Assembly: GCA_014238095.1 (NCBI GenBank)
Contig: JABABT010000017.1
Coordinates: forward strand, 1-61,482
DNA from: Candidatus Aenigmatarchaeota archaeon
GTDB taxonomy: Archaea > Aenigmatarchaeota > Aenigmatarchaeia > CG10238-14 > SCSR01
DNA: 61,482 nucleotides
Direction of reading: 5' to 3'
The notes under the pieces were generated by a model, which was given only the letters and a program-made list of their open reading frames with translations, did not search any database and was not told where the DNA came from. Position 1 is the stretch's first letter; every line of letters begins with the position of its first letter. The position numbers and the translations under genes are program-made. Shown here in pieces: positions 30,460 to 41,222 of the stretch.

Positions 30460-31806
30460 TTAAAATGGTTGAGATAAATCTAGATTAAAAGTATAAATTT
30501 CAAATAAATCTCTATTAACAATATTTATATATGGAACAACAACTCCTTTCTTTTGACTAATTTGTATTGGATTAAAATTTGATGAAGTAAAAATTGAAGA
30601 AGCTATAAGTAACCTTTTATCATGAGTAAATGATTCTTCTAAAATTCCATTTTCTGAATTTTTTTCTATAAATTTTTCATGTATCCAAATTGCTGATGAT
30701 TTTCCAATTTTATTAAATGTAATATAAGAAATATTAAAACTACTTTCAGCAAATAAAAAATTGCTTGCAGTTGTTGTTCTAAAATTTAAATTAGATTGTA
30801 TATTAAAAGAATAACTATTATCTAAAATAGAAACAAACATTCTACCAGAAAGTTTATTTATTTCAACATAATTTAATAAAAATGATTTTCCATTTGTTCC
30901 TAATATAGTAAAATCATCTAATTCTTTTAATATAATATTAGGATTTGGATTTAATGGATCTGGATTTATATAAATACCATTATTACTTGAACAAGTCCAA
31001 AATTCTATATCATTCATCTCAATACTAAATGTACCTCTAGGAAATGGTTCATTTGGTGTATCTAAACAGTTTTCTATATTTGAATTTATAATTGGTGGTC
31101 TATTTGTATCATTTATTCTTGTTCTAACTTCTATTGGTATATTATAAAAATATTTATGAAATTTATATACTGGAGAGGTTATATCTGGTTGTAATATTAA
31201 GGATATTGGTGTGTTAACACTTCCTTCATCATACCATTCTATTCCAAATATTTTTTTTTTTTTTTTATCTAAATTAGAATTATCTGATATTAATATTACA
31301 CCATTACCTTCATTTATATAATCATTTAATGAATTTTCATAAATTTCTAAATTTAATGTTCTATCATCATCCCATATTAAAAGTACATCAGATTTTTGTA
31401 TTGAATCAAGTTCTGTTTTTATAAATGTAATTCTTATATCTCTTTCATTAATCTTAAATTCATTTATATATAATCTTAAATCTCCGACTAATTTATCAGT
31501 ACATTTACATGCAACAATTATTTCATTTTTTATAGATCCTTCTATATAAGATGAAACAATTAAATTATTTTCTAAATTTAATTTATTATATATAAAATCT
31601 TGTAATTCAACATTATTTCCTATAAATTGATTCATAAGTCCAATTTTATCTATTGTTATTAAAATATCTCTTGCATTTATTATCAAATTAGCTTCAGACC
31701 ATTTATTACCATAAACAGTTTCTGGGAAAAATAAACTAAAAGTTACGAATAATATTATAATTATAGTAATCATTTCAATTACTGGTATTTGTCCTTTTAT
31801 TGCCAT
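30460..31806 (-). CDS. Large pilin-like/adhesin protein with class III signal peptide
   Basis: MAIKG|QIPVIEM followed by hydrophobic stretch; last gene of pilus operon. Confidence 0.7.
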   Translation of the reverse strand: MAIKGQIPVIEMITIIIILFVTFSLFFPETVYGNKWSEANLIINARDILITIDKIGLMNQFIGNNVELQDFIYNKLNLENNLIVSSYIEGSIKNEIIVACKCTDKLVGDLRLYINEFKINERDIRITFIKTELDSIQKSDVLLIWDDDRTLNLEIYENSLNDYINEGNGVILISDNSNLDKKKKKIFGIEWYDEGSVNTPISLILQPDITSPVYKFHKYFYNIPIEVRTRINDTNRPPIINSNIENCLDTPNEPFPRGTFSIEMNDIEFWTCSSNNGIYINPDPLNPNPNIILKELDDFTILGTNGKSFLLNYVEINKLSGRMFVSILDNSYSFNIQSNLNFRTTTASNFLFAESSFNISYITFNKIGKSSAIWIHEKFIEKNSENGILEESFTHDKRLLIASSIFTSSNFNPIQISQKKGVVVPYINIVNRDLFEIYTFNLDLSQPF

Positions 31807-32366
31807 ACTTGTAATTTCAACTCCCCATAATTTCCATTATCAAATGTTACAATTCTATCAATAGATACTACAAAACTAGAAACTATAGGTCTACCTATTG
31901 TTGTGTCTATATTTTTTGGATGACAATTATTTAATAATATTTCATTATTCAATTTATCTGTTATTATAATTGAAAAATCCAAATTTGTTCCTATTTTTTC
32001 AGTTACTTTTTCATATCCTATACCACCTAATGTTGTATCACATAATTCCATTAATCTATTTATTTTATTTAATGATAAATAATTTCTTTCATTAAGAAAA
32101 TAATTTGTCTTTGTTGCTTGTATATTAGACAAACCAATTCTTTGAATATATTCTGAATCTAATTTAAAAAAATTCCAATTTTCTGGATATCCGGGATCAT
32201 TAATTAAAATTTCAGAAATTTGATATGCTTTTGAACGAATTTCTTGTTCTTCAATTTGTCCTATAAATTTAGGAACTATATTTGTTATTTCAAATAAGAA
32301 ATAAATTACAAAAAAAATGAAAATTACTATAGCTATAATATAATCTATAGATATTTGACCTTTCAT
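31797..32366 (-). CDS. Minor pilin-like protein (class III signal, QxSxD)
   Basis: MKG|QISIDYIIA; PGYPENW motif. Confidence 0.75.
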   Translation of the reverse strand: MKGQISIDYIIAIVIFIFFVIYFLFEITNIVPKFIGQIEEQEIRSKAYQISEILINDPGYPENWNFFKLDSEYIQRIGLSNIQATKTNYFLNERNYLSLNKINRLMELCDTTLGGIGYEKVTEKIGTNLDFSIIITDKLNNEILLNNCHPKNIDTTIGRPIVSSFVVSIDRIVTFDNGNYGELKLQVWQ

Positions 32367-32367
32367 T

Positions 32368-33429
32368 TTAAATTCCCAAGAAACCTAATTGAATCAATAT
32401 AAGGAATGCTCCTATAGTTATTCCTGCTAATATTATACTATGTTTTAGTCCTGCTTTTACATTACCTTCACTCATTTGACCAGCAACTAATCCAGAAAAT
32501 ATAGATTGTATCAAAGACATCATAAAGAATAATGATGTATAATAAACTGAGATATTTCGTAATGTTTCTGTTTCATTCTTAAGTTTACAAATATTCTCAA
32601 CTTGATTACTTGGGGCTAATAAACATTTATATATCGTATTATAAATCCAACAAACATTTTCTTCAAAACCAAAAGGATTATTACATGGATTATCTAATTG
32701 TATTAAATTTGAAAGACCTGCTTCAGAATCCTGTCCTGATTGAAATACAGGTAATAAAAATTTATTTATTGCAGCAACTATTACAATAAATATTATAGAT
32801 ATAGCATACATAAGTAAAACATATTGACTTAATAATGCTTTTTTCTCTTTATTTATTTCTTGTAAATTATTTACATTTTCTGCTACTGATTCAAGAGTTG
32901 ATGTTACTTCTCCTCCAGATATAAAAGACTCTTTAATTATTTTTATTGAAGTTGATAATCTCTTACTTTCTTTCATTCTATTTGCAAATCTTGTAAGAAC
33001 TTTATCAAGTGGAATACCCCAACTTAATTGATTTGACATTTTATTTATTTCAGGTGAAAGTGCTCCATAATTATTTTTTGATGTAATTGCAAGTGCTTGA
33101 TGAAATGGAACACCAGATCTAATTGATTCTGTTAAATCATATAATAAATTTGGGAATTTTTCTTCCATTTCTTGAATATTTCTAAATTTCTTATAAACTG
33201 ATAATACAATAGGAATTATATTTATAAAAACAGTCATAATTATTAATATTCCTAAAGCTCCATGGTTACCTGTAATAAAACCGAGAAAAATAAATAATAT
33301 AGAAAATGATAATGTAATTAGAAGAATATGTTTCAGATTTGAAAAATCTGGGAATTTTTTTTTCTTAGATTTATTTTCATTTTTATTTTTCATTATTTTG
33401 GGTTTTTGGTTTTTATTTTTTCCTAACAA
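32368..33429 (-). CDS. Type IV pilus/T2SS F-family membrane platform protein (TadC/ArlJ-like)
   Basis: FPNLLYDLTESIRSG, YGALSPEI, QSIFSGLVAGQMSEG..AGLKH. Confidence 0.88.
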   Translation of the reverse strand: MLGKNKNQKPKIMKNKNENKSKKKKFPDFSNLKHILLITLSFSILFIFLGFITGNHGALGILIIMTVFINIIPIVLSVYKKFRNIQEMEEKFPNLLYDLTESIRSGVPFHQALAITSKNNYGALSPEINKMSNQLSWGIPLDKVLTRFANRMKESKRLSTSIKIIKESFISGGEVTSTLESVAENVNNLQEINKEKKALLSQYVLLMYAISIIFIVIVAAINKFLLPVFQSGQDSEAGLSNLIQLDNPCNNPFGFEENVCWIYNTIYKCLLAPSNQVENICKLKNETETLRNISVYYTSLFFMMSLIQSIFSGLVAGQMSEGNVKAGLKHSIILAGITIGAFLILIQLGFLGI

Positions 33430-33430
33430 T

Positions 33431-34300
33431 TTATTCCTCTCCTGGTGTTGATGATTTAATTAAATAAATAAACATAATTGAAATTAATGGCATAAATAAG
33501 AAAATTAATATGAATTGTAGAATAATAATATCTTCACCACCACCACCTATTGCAGAAATTATTGCTGTTAATATTGTGAAAAAAATAGCACCAAGTATTA
33601 TAGCTGTTAAATAAATTTCTATAAAAAGTGTAAGTGTATTTGAAAATTCATGAAGTTTTCTTTTATATTCGTTCATAAAATTTATAGATTTTTGTTTTAG
33701 GTAAATATTCATATCACCACCGGCTCTTATTGTAGATAATAATCCATACAAAAGTTCTGAAAAATTTTTACTCGGTGATCTTTCTACTGCACGTTCAAGA
33801 GCAGTTATTATATCAAGTCCAAAAAGTTTTGTATCATTATTTATATTATTAATTTGTTTTTTTATTTCTCCATATGATGAAAATTTTGTGAATATATTTA
33901 GAGTTTTGAATAAAGGTAATTTTGAACTTGATATTGTAGCAAGATATAATAATGCAAATGGTAATGAATTATTTAAATTACTTTCTTTTGATTTAATTAT
34001 AGATAATGGATATTTTATCATACCAAAAAATAAACCAACTGATGCTACTAAACCAGATAAAATTGCAAAAAGAATTGAAAATAAAATATCCTTAACTAAA
34101 ATTGTAAATAATAAAGAAAATACTGGAATAAATAAAATTAATGCAATTAATGAAATAAGCATAGACATACTTAAATATTCTTGAGTAGTATAAGGCATAT
34201 CTGATTTTTTTAATATTTTTTTTAAATCAGGAAAAAAAATCATAAAATGTTTTGTATATTCTCTAAATATCCTAAAAGCAAAATTCTGAAAACTAGACAT
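33431..34300 (-). CDS. Type IV pilus/T2SS F-family membrane platform protein (TadB/C-like)
   Basis: LPFALLYLAT, YGEI, GLDIITALE..SPSKNFSELL. Confidence 0.88.
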   Translation of the reverse strand: MSSFQNFAFRIFREYTKHFMIFFPDLKKILKKSDMPYTTQEYLSMSMLISLIALILFIPVFSLLFTILVKDILFSILFAILSGLVASVGLFFGMIKYPLSIIKSKESNLNNSLPFALLYLATISSSKLPLFKTLNIFTKFSSYGEIKKQINNINNDTKLFGLDIITALERAVERSPSKNFSELLYGLLSTIRAGGDMNIYLKQKSINFMNEYKRKLHEFSNTLTLFIEIYLTAIILGAIFFTILTAIISAIGGGGEDIIILQFILIFLFMPLISIMFIYLIKSSTPGEE

Positions 34301-36214
34301 TTAAGTATCTCCATATATAATTGACAAAATTTTATTTGGAAAATTATAATACATATTTATTATTTTATATACCTGATCATAATCTTTAATTCCTCTTTGA
34401 TGTAACCATTTTAGAATTGTTATCCTTCTTTTTAACTCTTCAAGTATTTCCTTTTTACCCATTCCTGTTAATCTTGTAATCTTTTTTAATAAAATAGATT
34501 TCTTAACTGTTTCTATATAATCCTTCTCAGAATTCCATTTGAAAACTGTATTTACATTTGGTCTTGATTTATTTGGTTGGAATGTTATCATTTCAACAAT
34601 TGCAGTTGATCTTCTAACAAATTTATTACGATATTTTACACGTGTTAAAAATACAATAAGATCTAAACTTCCTACTAAACTTTTTGGTAAAGAAATTGGG
34701 GCTGTTGTTAATCTATTTACAAGTTTTTCTATATTATCTGCGTGTATTGTTGCATAAGATGGATGACCAGTAGCCATTTGTTGGAATAGAACAGCTGCCT
34801 CTTTACCTCTTACTTCTCCTACAATAATATAATCTGGTCTTTGTCTTAAACTTTCTTTTAGAAGTGCAAACATATCAACTTGACCTCCTTCAACATTTAT
34901 ATCAGATGTTGTTGTTCTAGCAACAGTTGGTACCCAATGTGGATGGGGTAATCTTAATTCTCCTGTATCTTCAATTGATATTATTTTTTTATCTGGTCTT
35001 ATAAAAATTGATATAGCATTCAAAAAACTTGTTTTTCCAGATGCTGTTCCACCAGAAACAAGAATACTTCTTCCATAATCTATAGCCATCCAAATATAAG
35101 CCATTGATTTTATATCAAGTGTACCATATTCAATTAAATGAATTGGTGTCATTGATTCTTTAGTGAATTTTCTAATAGTAAAATTACTTCCTTTCCTTGC
35201 AATATCTGTTGCTAATGTTGCTTGTAATCTACTCCCATCTCTAAGTATTCCATCAAGTAATGGACGTGCAACTGATATTGATTTTCCAGAAAGTTGAGCC
35301 AATTTAGTAATAAAAGAGTCGAGTTCTTCATCTGTATCAAATTTTACATTAGTCATTATTGATCCTATTTTTGGATTTCTATGAAATATAAAAATTGGAA
35401 TACCAAGACCATCACAACTAATATCTTCTATTTGATTATCATGCATTAAAGGTTCTATTTTACCAAGACCCATAAAATCTCTTTCTATGAAATATTGTAA
35501 AATATTTTTTTCATTTTCATTTATATTGAATTTATAATAATTAATTAATTTCTCTATTTCAACCCTTAAATAATTTGATGCTTCAGAAACTTTTAATTTA
35601 GAAAAATCTACATCTAATTTTTCTTCTAAAAGTTCTTTTATTTTACCTAATGTTTTTTTAATATTTTCTGTCATTTTTGGCTCTATAACAGAATAAATAT
35701 ATCTATTTTGTTTGTCATTCCAATATATTTTAACATAAGAAAAAATTTTTTCGTCTTTTTTAGGTCTTTCAGGAATAAGAGGATAAATTATTGGTTTCAT
35801 TTTAGCTGAATCTGGACTAAATTCTGGCATATGAGATTCACTATTAATTTTAGGAATTTCATAACCCATTCCACTCATATCTTCAAAAATCTCATCCTCT
35901 TCTTCAATTGGTTTTGATTGATTATTTATAATATTAAAATTTTGTTGTGGAAGTGATTGGTTGGATATTCCTGTGTTTCCAGATATTATTGGTCTTGATG
36001 TTTGTGTATTTTGTAATTGTTGAGGTAATGTATTATTAATATTTAATGGTATTGTAACTGGTTTTATTACTGGTTTAATTATTATAGGAATTTTTCCCTC
36101 ACTTGTTTCTATTTCTGTTCTTTGTTCTTGTTGTTGCTCATTAAATAAATTATTTATATTTTTTGATTGGTATCCTTTTACCATTTTTTTAAATATTTTT
36201 TTACTTAATTTCAT
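34301..36214 (-). CDS. Type II/IV secretion assembly ATPase (VirB11/ArlI/TadA family)
   Basis: IEDISCDG, FTIRKF, Walker A GGTASGKTS, LRQRPDYIIVGEVRG, ATGH..TIHA. Confidence 0.93.
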   Translation of the reverse strand: MKLSKKIFKKMVKGYQSKNINNLFNEQQQEQRTEIETSEGKIPIIIKPVIKPVTIPLNINNTLPQQLQNTQTSRPIISGNTGISNQSLPQQNFNIINNQSKPIEEEDEIFEDMSGMGYEIPKINSESHMPEFSPDSAKMKPIIYPLIPERPKKDEKIFSYVKIYWNDKQNRYIYSVIEPKMTENIKKTLGKIKELLEEKLDVDFSKLKVSEASNYLRVEIEKLINYYKFNINENEKNILQYFIERDFMGLGKIEPLMHDNQIEDISCDGLGIPIFIFHRNPKIGSIMTNVKFDTDEELDSFITKLAQLSGKSISVARPLLDGILRDGSRLQATLATDIARKGSNFTIRKFTKESMTPIHLIEYGTLDIKSMAYIWMAIDYGRSILVSGGTASGKTSFLNAISIFIRPDKKIISIEDTGELRLPHPHWVPTVARTTTSDINVEGGQVDMFALLKESLRQRPDYIIVGEVRGKEAAVLFQQMATGHPSYATIHADNIEKLVNRLTTAPISLPKSLVGSLDLIVFLTRVKYRNKFVRRSTAIVEMITFQPNKSRPNVNTVFKWNSEKDYIETVKKSILLKKITRLTGMGKKEILEELKRRITILKWLHQRGIKDYDQVYKIINMYYNFPNKILSIIYGDT

Positions 36215-36642
36215 TGTGAAACCTTTAATAAATTATTATTATTATTATAAGTTAATATTATTGGTTTATCTGAAATTACTGTACCTACTACTGTATTTCC
36301 TCTAAATAATTTATGATTTTCTGAAGAAGAATTAATTTTTGTTGGAAAAGTTGTTGTTGTTATTTTTTTATTTTTGAAATATAGTTGATTTAATGAATTT
36401 TTTGATGTATCTCTTAAATGTGTCAATATAATTATTTCATCACATCCATTACAACTTACGAATGAATTTACAGAAATTGCTGATATATAATTATTAATAA
36501 CTTTTCTATTTTCATTATTTAAATCTAAAGAAAATAAATCTAATCTATCACTAAATGTTCCGGATATAAGTATGAAAACTGCAAACCCTATAATGAAAAA
36601 TAATATAAATTGAATTATATGAGCTTGTCCTTTAATTATCAT
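36211..36642 (-). CDS. Pilin-like protein (class III signal)
   Basis: MIIKG|QAHIIQFILFFIIG. Confidence 0.7.
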   Translation of the reverse strand: MIIKGQAHIIQFILFFIIGFAVFILISGTFSDRLDLFSLDLNNENRKVINNYISAISVNSFVSCNGCDEIIILTHLRDTSKNSLNQLYFKNKKITTTTFPTKINSSSENHKLFRGNTVVGTVISDKPIILTYNNNNNLLKVSQ

Positions 36643-36695
36643 TGAAACTAAATAAATTTACATTTTTGAATTTAAATTTTTATTATTTTTTAAAT

Positions 36696-37340
36696 TTAAA
36701 TTAATAGAACTGTAATATCAGTAATAATTAATGTTTTAGAGTTAATTTGAGTTGTATTCCTTTTACTAAATTGTAATCTAATATTGTTATTATTTCCTCC
36801 AACAGATTCTAATCCAGCAGTATGTTTTTTTAAATCTATTCTAAATCCATTTTTTTTCTCAACATCTTCAAGTTCTCTTATATAAAGTTTATATGTAATA
36901 TCATAATAATCTGATGATGATGTAAATGTTTCTATACAAATAACACCTAATTCATCTAAACCAAGTATACCAGATTCAATTTTATTTGTATTTGGATTAA
37001 TTTGACATGAATCTCCAGTTAAAGAAACTATTCCTTGTGCATTACTAGCTACTCTACTTAATGTGTTGAAACTTATAGAATTTTCTGTTTCATTTAAAGT
37101 TAATACTCCTTCAGCATCAATTTTTATTGTATCCTGACCTCCATTATTTGCAATTAATTTTATTTTAGATGGAATTGAATTAATATTCGAGTTATCAAAT
37201 AATGCTTTTGTTCTATCATCAATTGCTCTATCTTGATTTTTCTGAATTAATGGTAAACCAAAATTTAATGCAACTGATAAAAGACCTATAGCAATAAGAA
37301 CAATTAATATGGATGCAATAATTTCAGACTGTCCTTTCAT
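36696..37340 (-). CDS. Pilin-like protein (class III signal)
   Basis: MKG|QSEIIASILIVLIAIGL..GLPLIQK. Confidence 0.75.
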   Translation of the reverse strand: MKGQSEIIASILIVLIAIGLLSVALNFGLPLIQKNQDRAIDDRTKALFDNSNINSIPSKIKLIANNGGQDTIKIDAEGVLTLNETENSISFNTLSRVASNAQGIVSLTGDSCQINPNTNKIESGILGLDELGVICIETFTSSSDYYDITYKLYIRELEDVEKKNGFRIDLKKHTAGLESVGGNNNNIRLQFSKRNTTQINSKTLIITDITVLLI

Positions 37341-37351
37341 TATCATTTTAA

Positions 37352-37870
37352 TCAAATACTATTTGGAGGAAATAAAGGTCTTCGTTGTCTCATCATTCCA
37401 GGTTTTGGAAATGGTTTCTTTATTTTCTTGTTCATATCTTCAATTGAATCAGTTAATTCTTTATTACTTTCTGCAATTTTCTTATTACTCTCAAGAATTT
37501 CTGTCATTTTTCCAATCATACTTTTCATTTCTTCATTTTATTCATGTGAAGATTCTGGTTCAGTTGCTGATGATTTTATATAAGATATTAATTCATCTAA
37601 TTTACTAATCATATCCTCTAACCTAGAAGGTAATCTTGAAAGTTCAATTCTAAGTGCATCATTAGCTTTTGCAAGTTCATCTACAAGTTGTTGATTCATT
37701 CTAATAATTTCAACTAATTCATGATAAAAATCTTTAGAATCAAAATTAGAACGAGTACCTTCTATTGATTCTAATCTTTTCTCTATTTTTCTTAATGGAG
37801 AAATAGGAATCAATTCATATTCATGGTCATCGTTATTTTGTTCATTTTTATATTTTTTCATAGGAGTCAT
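37352..37870 (-). CDS. Coiled-coil hypothetical protein, first gene of pilus operon, interrupted by in-frame TAA at 37538-37540
   Basis: ...EPESSHE*NEEMKSMIGKMTEILESNKKIAESNKELTDSIEDMNKKIKKPFPKPGMMRQRRPLFPPNSI*; same frame continues up to the next gene. Confidence 0.65.
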
Positions 37871-37913
37871 TAAGTTAATTTGTGAATTATAATAAATAAA
37901 TGTTTATTTTTTA

Positions 37914-37950
37914 TAGACTTTGTCTAAAAAATGACTTTTGTCTAAAAAAT
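37914..37950. repeat. Tandem imperfect direct repeat GACTTT(T)GTCTAAAAAAT x2 with internal palindrome TAGAC-TTT-GTCTA
   Basis: Read directly; lies ~45-80 bp upstream of the pilus operon start. Confidence 0.6.
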
Positions 37951-38162
37951 CGAGTTTTTTTTAGTAAAATAATAAAACCAAAAATAATACTATAATAGAT
38001 TTTTATAGAATATATATTATAATTAAAAATAAAAAATAATGGGAAAAATCAATAAATATTATTTAGAAATTAAACCGAAATAAAAAATTTAATGAAAATT
38101 GAAATTAATTAAAAATACAAATAAATTTCTTTTTAATAAGTTAGATAATTTTTAGAATTTTA

Positions 38163-39809
38163 TTATTCCATTGGAGGTCCGCCGGGTGGCATTCCCATTC
38201 CTGGTTGTGGTCCACTTTTACTTGCAGATATTACATCATCTATTCTCAAAATCATTTCAGCAGCATCTGATGCTGATTTTATAGCTTGTGTTTTTACTTT
38301 CAATGGTTCTACAATTCCTTTTTCTTGTGCATTTATTGTACCACCATCAATAATTCCTATACCAGAATTTACTTTTCCAGCTTCATGATCAGCTCTAATT
38401 TTCACTAATGTATCAATAGGATCTAAACCTGCATTTTCTGCTAAACTTCTTGGAATTATTTCCATTGCATCAGCAAATGCTTTTACTGCAAGTTGTTCTC
38501 TTCCAGTTAATTTCTGAGAAAATTTTTTCAAATGTACTGAAACACTACATTCAGGTGATCCTGCACCATAAACTATTTTTCCATCAGAAACTGCAGAAGA
38601 TACTGCACCAATTGCATCTTCAATACTTCTATCAATTTCATCAACATAATGATCTGTACTTCCTCTTACTAAAATTGTGATAGATTTTGGATCTTTACAA
38701 CCTTCAATGAAAGTCATTGATTCTCCACCTATTTTATTTTCCTCTACATTATCTGCAGAACCAAGATCTTTTTGAGAAAGATCATCAAGATTTGTAACTA
38801 TTCTTGCACTTGTTGCTTTTGACAAAGCTTCCATATCAGATTTTTTTGCCCTTCTAATTGAATATATTCCTTCTTTTGCAAGATAATGTTGTGCAAGATC
38901 ATCTATTCCTTTTTGACAAATGAGAACATTAGCACCACTTTTTACAATTTTATCAGTCATAGATTTAAGCATTTTTTGCTCCTGATCAATAAAAGCCTGC
39001 ATCTGATTAGGTGAAGTTATTCTTATTTCAGCATCTGTTTCTGTTTCTTTTACTTCTAATGCTACATCAATTAAAGCGATTTTTCCATTTGAAACTTTTT
39101 TTGGCATAGCAGGATGAACAACTTCCTTATCAATAACAATACCAGAAATAAGTTTTGTGTCTTCAATTGAAGCACCTGATTTTTTTTCTCTTTTTATATT
39201 TTCATTATCAATAAAAATTTTACCGTTTTTATTTTCAGCAACTTTACTTACTGACTCTACTACAATTTTAGCAAGTAAAGGTGAAATCATTTCAACTGAT
39301 TTTCCAGACATTGATGTTATAGCTATCTTTTCCAATGTTTCTATATCTTTTAAGGAAACTGGTTCACTAATTGATTCAAGATGTTTTATCGCTTCAGTTT
39401 TTGCAATACTAAATCCTTTTGTAATAATTGTTGGATGAACTTCATTATCTAATAATTCTTCAGCTTTTTTCAAAAGTTCTCCAGCAATAATAACTGAAGT
39501 TGTTGTACCATCACCTACTTCTTGATTTTGAGTTTTTGCAACTTCAACCATCATTTTTGCAGAAGGATGTTCAATATCCATTTCTTCTAAAATTGTTACA
39601 CCATCATTTGTTATTATTATATCTCCAATTGAATTAACTAACATTTTATCCATTCCTTTTGGACCTAATGTTGTTTTAACAGCTTCACCAACTGCTTTAG
39701 CTGCTGTTATATTTTGTCTTTGAGCGTCTTTTCCACTTGATCTTAATGTACCTTCTGGTAATATTAAAACTGGTTGTCCACCATAATTTCCCATAATTGG
39801 TTGGTTCAT
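38163..39809 (-). CDS. ths: Thermosome (group II chaperonin) subunit
   Basis: [40 protein letters not shown] tail. Confidence 0.97.
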   Translation of the reverse strand: MNQPIMGNYGGQPVLILPEGTLRSSGKDAQRQNITAAKAVGEAVKTTLGPKGMDKMLVNSIGDIIITNDGVTILEEMDIEHPSAKMMVEVAKTQNQEVGDGTTTSVIIAGELLKKAEELLDNEVHPTIITKGFSIAKTEAIKHLESISEPVSLKDIETLEKIAITSMSGKSVEMISPLLAKIVVESVSKVAENKNGKIFIDNENIKREKKSGASIEDTKLISGIVIDKEVVHPAMPKKVSNGKIALIDVALEVKETETDAEIRITSPNQMQAFIDQEQKMLKSMTDKIVKSGANVLICQKGIDDLAQHYLAKEGIYSIRRAKKSDMEALSKATSARIVTNLDDLSQKDLGSADNVEENKIGGESMTFIEGCKDPKSITILVRGSTDHYVDEIDRSIEDAIGAVSSAVSDGKIVYGAGSPECSVSVHLKKFSQKLTGREQLAVKAFADAMEIIPRSLAENAGLDPIDTLVKIRADHEAGKVNSGIGIIDGGTINAQEKGIVEPLKVKTQAIKSASDAAEMILRIDDVISASKSGPQPGMGMPPGGPPME

Positions 39810-39923
39810 AGATTATTTTTATGTTATTATATTATATAAAACTATGTATATAATTTCTATTTAATTTTGGAAAAAATAATAAAAAATTTTTAAACATATG
39901 AATAAGATTTACCTATTTATTTT

Positions 39924-40919
39924 ATGATTGATTTAATAACTTTAGGATTATTTTGTATTGGATTTATATTTTTGATAAAAGGTGCACATATTTTAGTTGA
40001 TGGTGCATCAGTATTAGCTAAAAGGTATGGTGTATCCACATTTATGATTGGGCTTACTGTAGTAGCTTTTGGTACATCTATACCAGAATTAACTGTTAAT
40101 ATAATAGCAGGTATTCAAGGAAATACTGACATAATTTTAGGGAATATTTTAGGTAGTAATATTGCAAATATATTCTTAATTTTAGGTATTATTTCAATTT
40201 TTGTTCCTGTTTTTGTTGGAAGGAAAATAACACGTAAGGAACTTCCAATATCATTACTTGCTATATTAATTCTTTTTTTTATTGCAAATGATTTTCTAAT
40301 TAGTGGTGGTATATCAGAAATAGATAGAATAGATGGTCTTATTCTTATTGGATTTTTCTCAATTTTTATATATTATATATTTAGTATTGCAAGAAAGGGA
40401 AAGAAAAGGAAGGAAATTGAAGAAACTGCTGATGTGGTTTTACATAGAGAAAAGAAAATTAAATCAATAATATTTATTATTGTTGGATTAATTGGTGTTT
40501 CTATTGGTGGTAATTGGATTGTTGATGGTGCTATTGAAATAGCAAGTATTTTTGGTGTTAGTGAAACATTAATTGGTTTAACTATAATTTCTATTGGAAC
40601 ATCAATTCCAGAACTTGCTACTTCTTTGGTAGCATTAAGAAAGAAATTAATTAATCTTGCAGTTGGTAATGTTATTGGATCAAATATATTCAATATATTT
40701 TTAGTTCTTGGTGTAAGTTCTTTGATAACACCAATTCAATTTAATTTAACAAGAAATTTTGAAATTGGAATTGTAATATTTTCAACATTGATATTATTCA
40801 TATTTTTATTTTTAAATGGAAAAATAATGGGTAAAAAATATGAGATTAAAAGATGGCAAGGTTTTGTTTTATTATTTTTATATATTATTTTCATATTAAC
40901 CTCTATATTTAGAGGTTGA
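39924..40919 (+). CDS. Ca2+/Na+ antiporter (YrbG/CaCA family)
   Basis: Two alpha repeats GTSIPEL and GNILGSN/GNVIGSN; multiple TM helices. Confidence 0.92.
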   Translation: MIDLITLGLFCIGFIFLIKGAHILVDGASVLAKRYGVSTFMIGLTVVAFGTSIPELTVNIIAGIQGNTDIILGNILGSNIANIFLILGIISIFVPVFVGRKITRKELPISLLAILILFFIANDFLISGGISEIDRIDGLILIGFFSIFIYYIFSIARKGKKRKEIEETADVVLHREKKIKSIIFIIVGLIGVSIGGNWIVDGAIEIASIFGVSETLIGLTIISIGTSIPELATSLVALRKKLINLAVGNVIGSNIFNIFLVLGVSSLITPIQFNLTRNFEIGIVIFSTLILFIFLFLNGKIMGKKYEIKRWQGFVLLFLYIIFILTSIFRG

Positions 40920-40969
40920 TAAATTTCATAAATATTAAATGTTCAATTACATATAATCCATTTAATAAT

Positions 40970-41068
40970 GGACTTGTAGCTTAGTCTGGTTAGAGCACTC
41001 GACTTATATGTCGGCTAAGCGCCCTCGAAGAAATCGAGAGGTCGCGGGTTCAAATCCCGCCTGGTCCA
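40970..41068 (+). tRNA. tRNA-Ile(TAT) with 24-nt intron (41009-41032) at position 37/38
   Basis: Acceptor GGACTTG/CTGGTCC, D stem GCTT/GAGC, anticodon stem CTCGA/TCGAG, loop CT-TAT-A|intron|A, T arm GCGGG-TTCAAAT-CCCGC, discriminator A. Confidence 0.88.
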
Positions 41069-41222
41069 TTATATATAATTAAAAAAATATTACACCTATT
41101 TTTAATTTCTTAAATAATATTACTAAAATAAAATTAATTTAAAGAAATTAATTATAATTATTTAAAATTTTTAAAAAAATAAATATTTTATATAATATAT
41201 TAAATAATTATTGAAAATCCAT

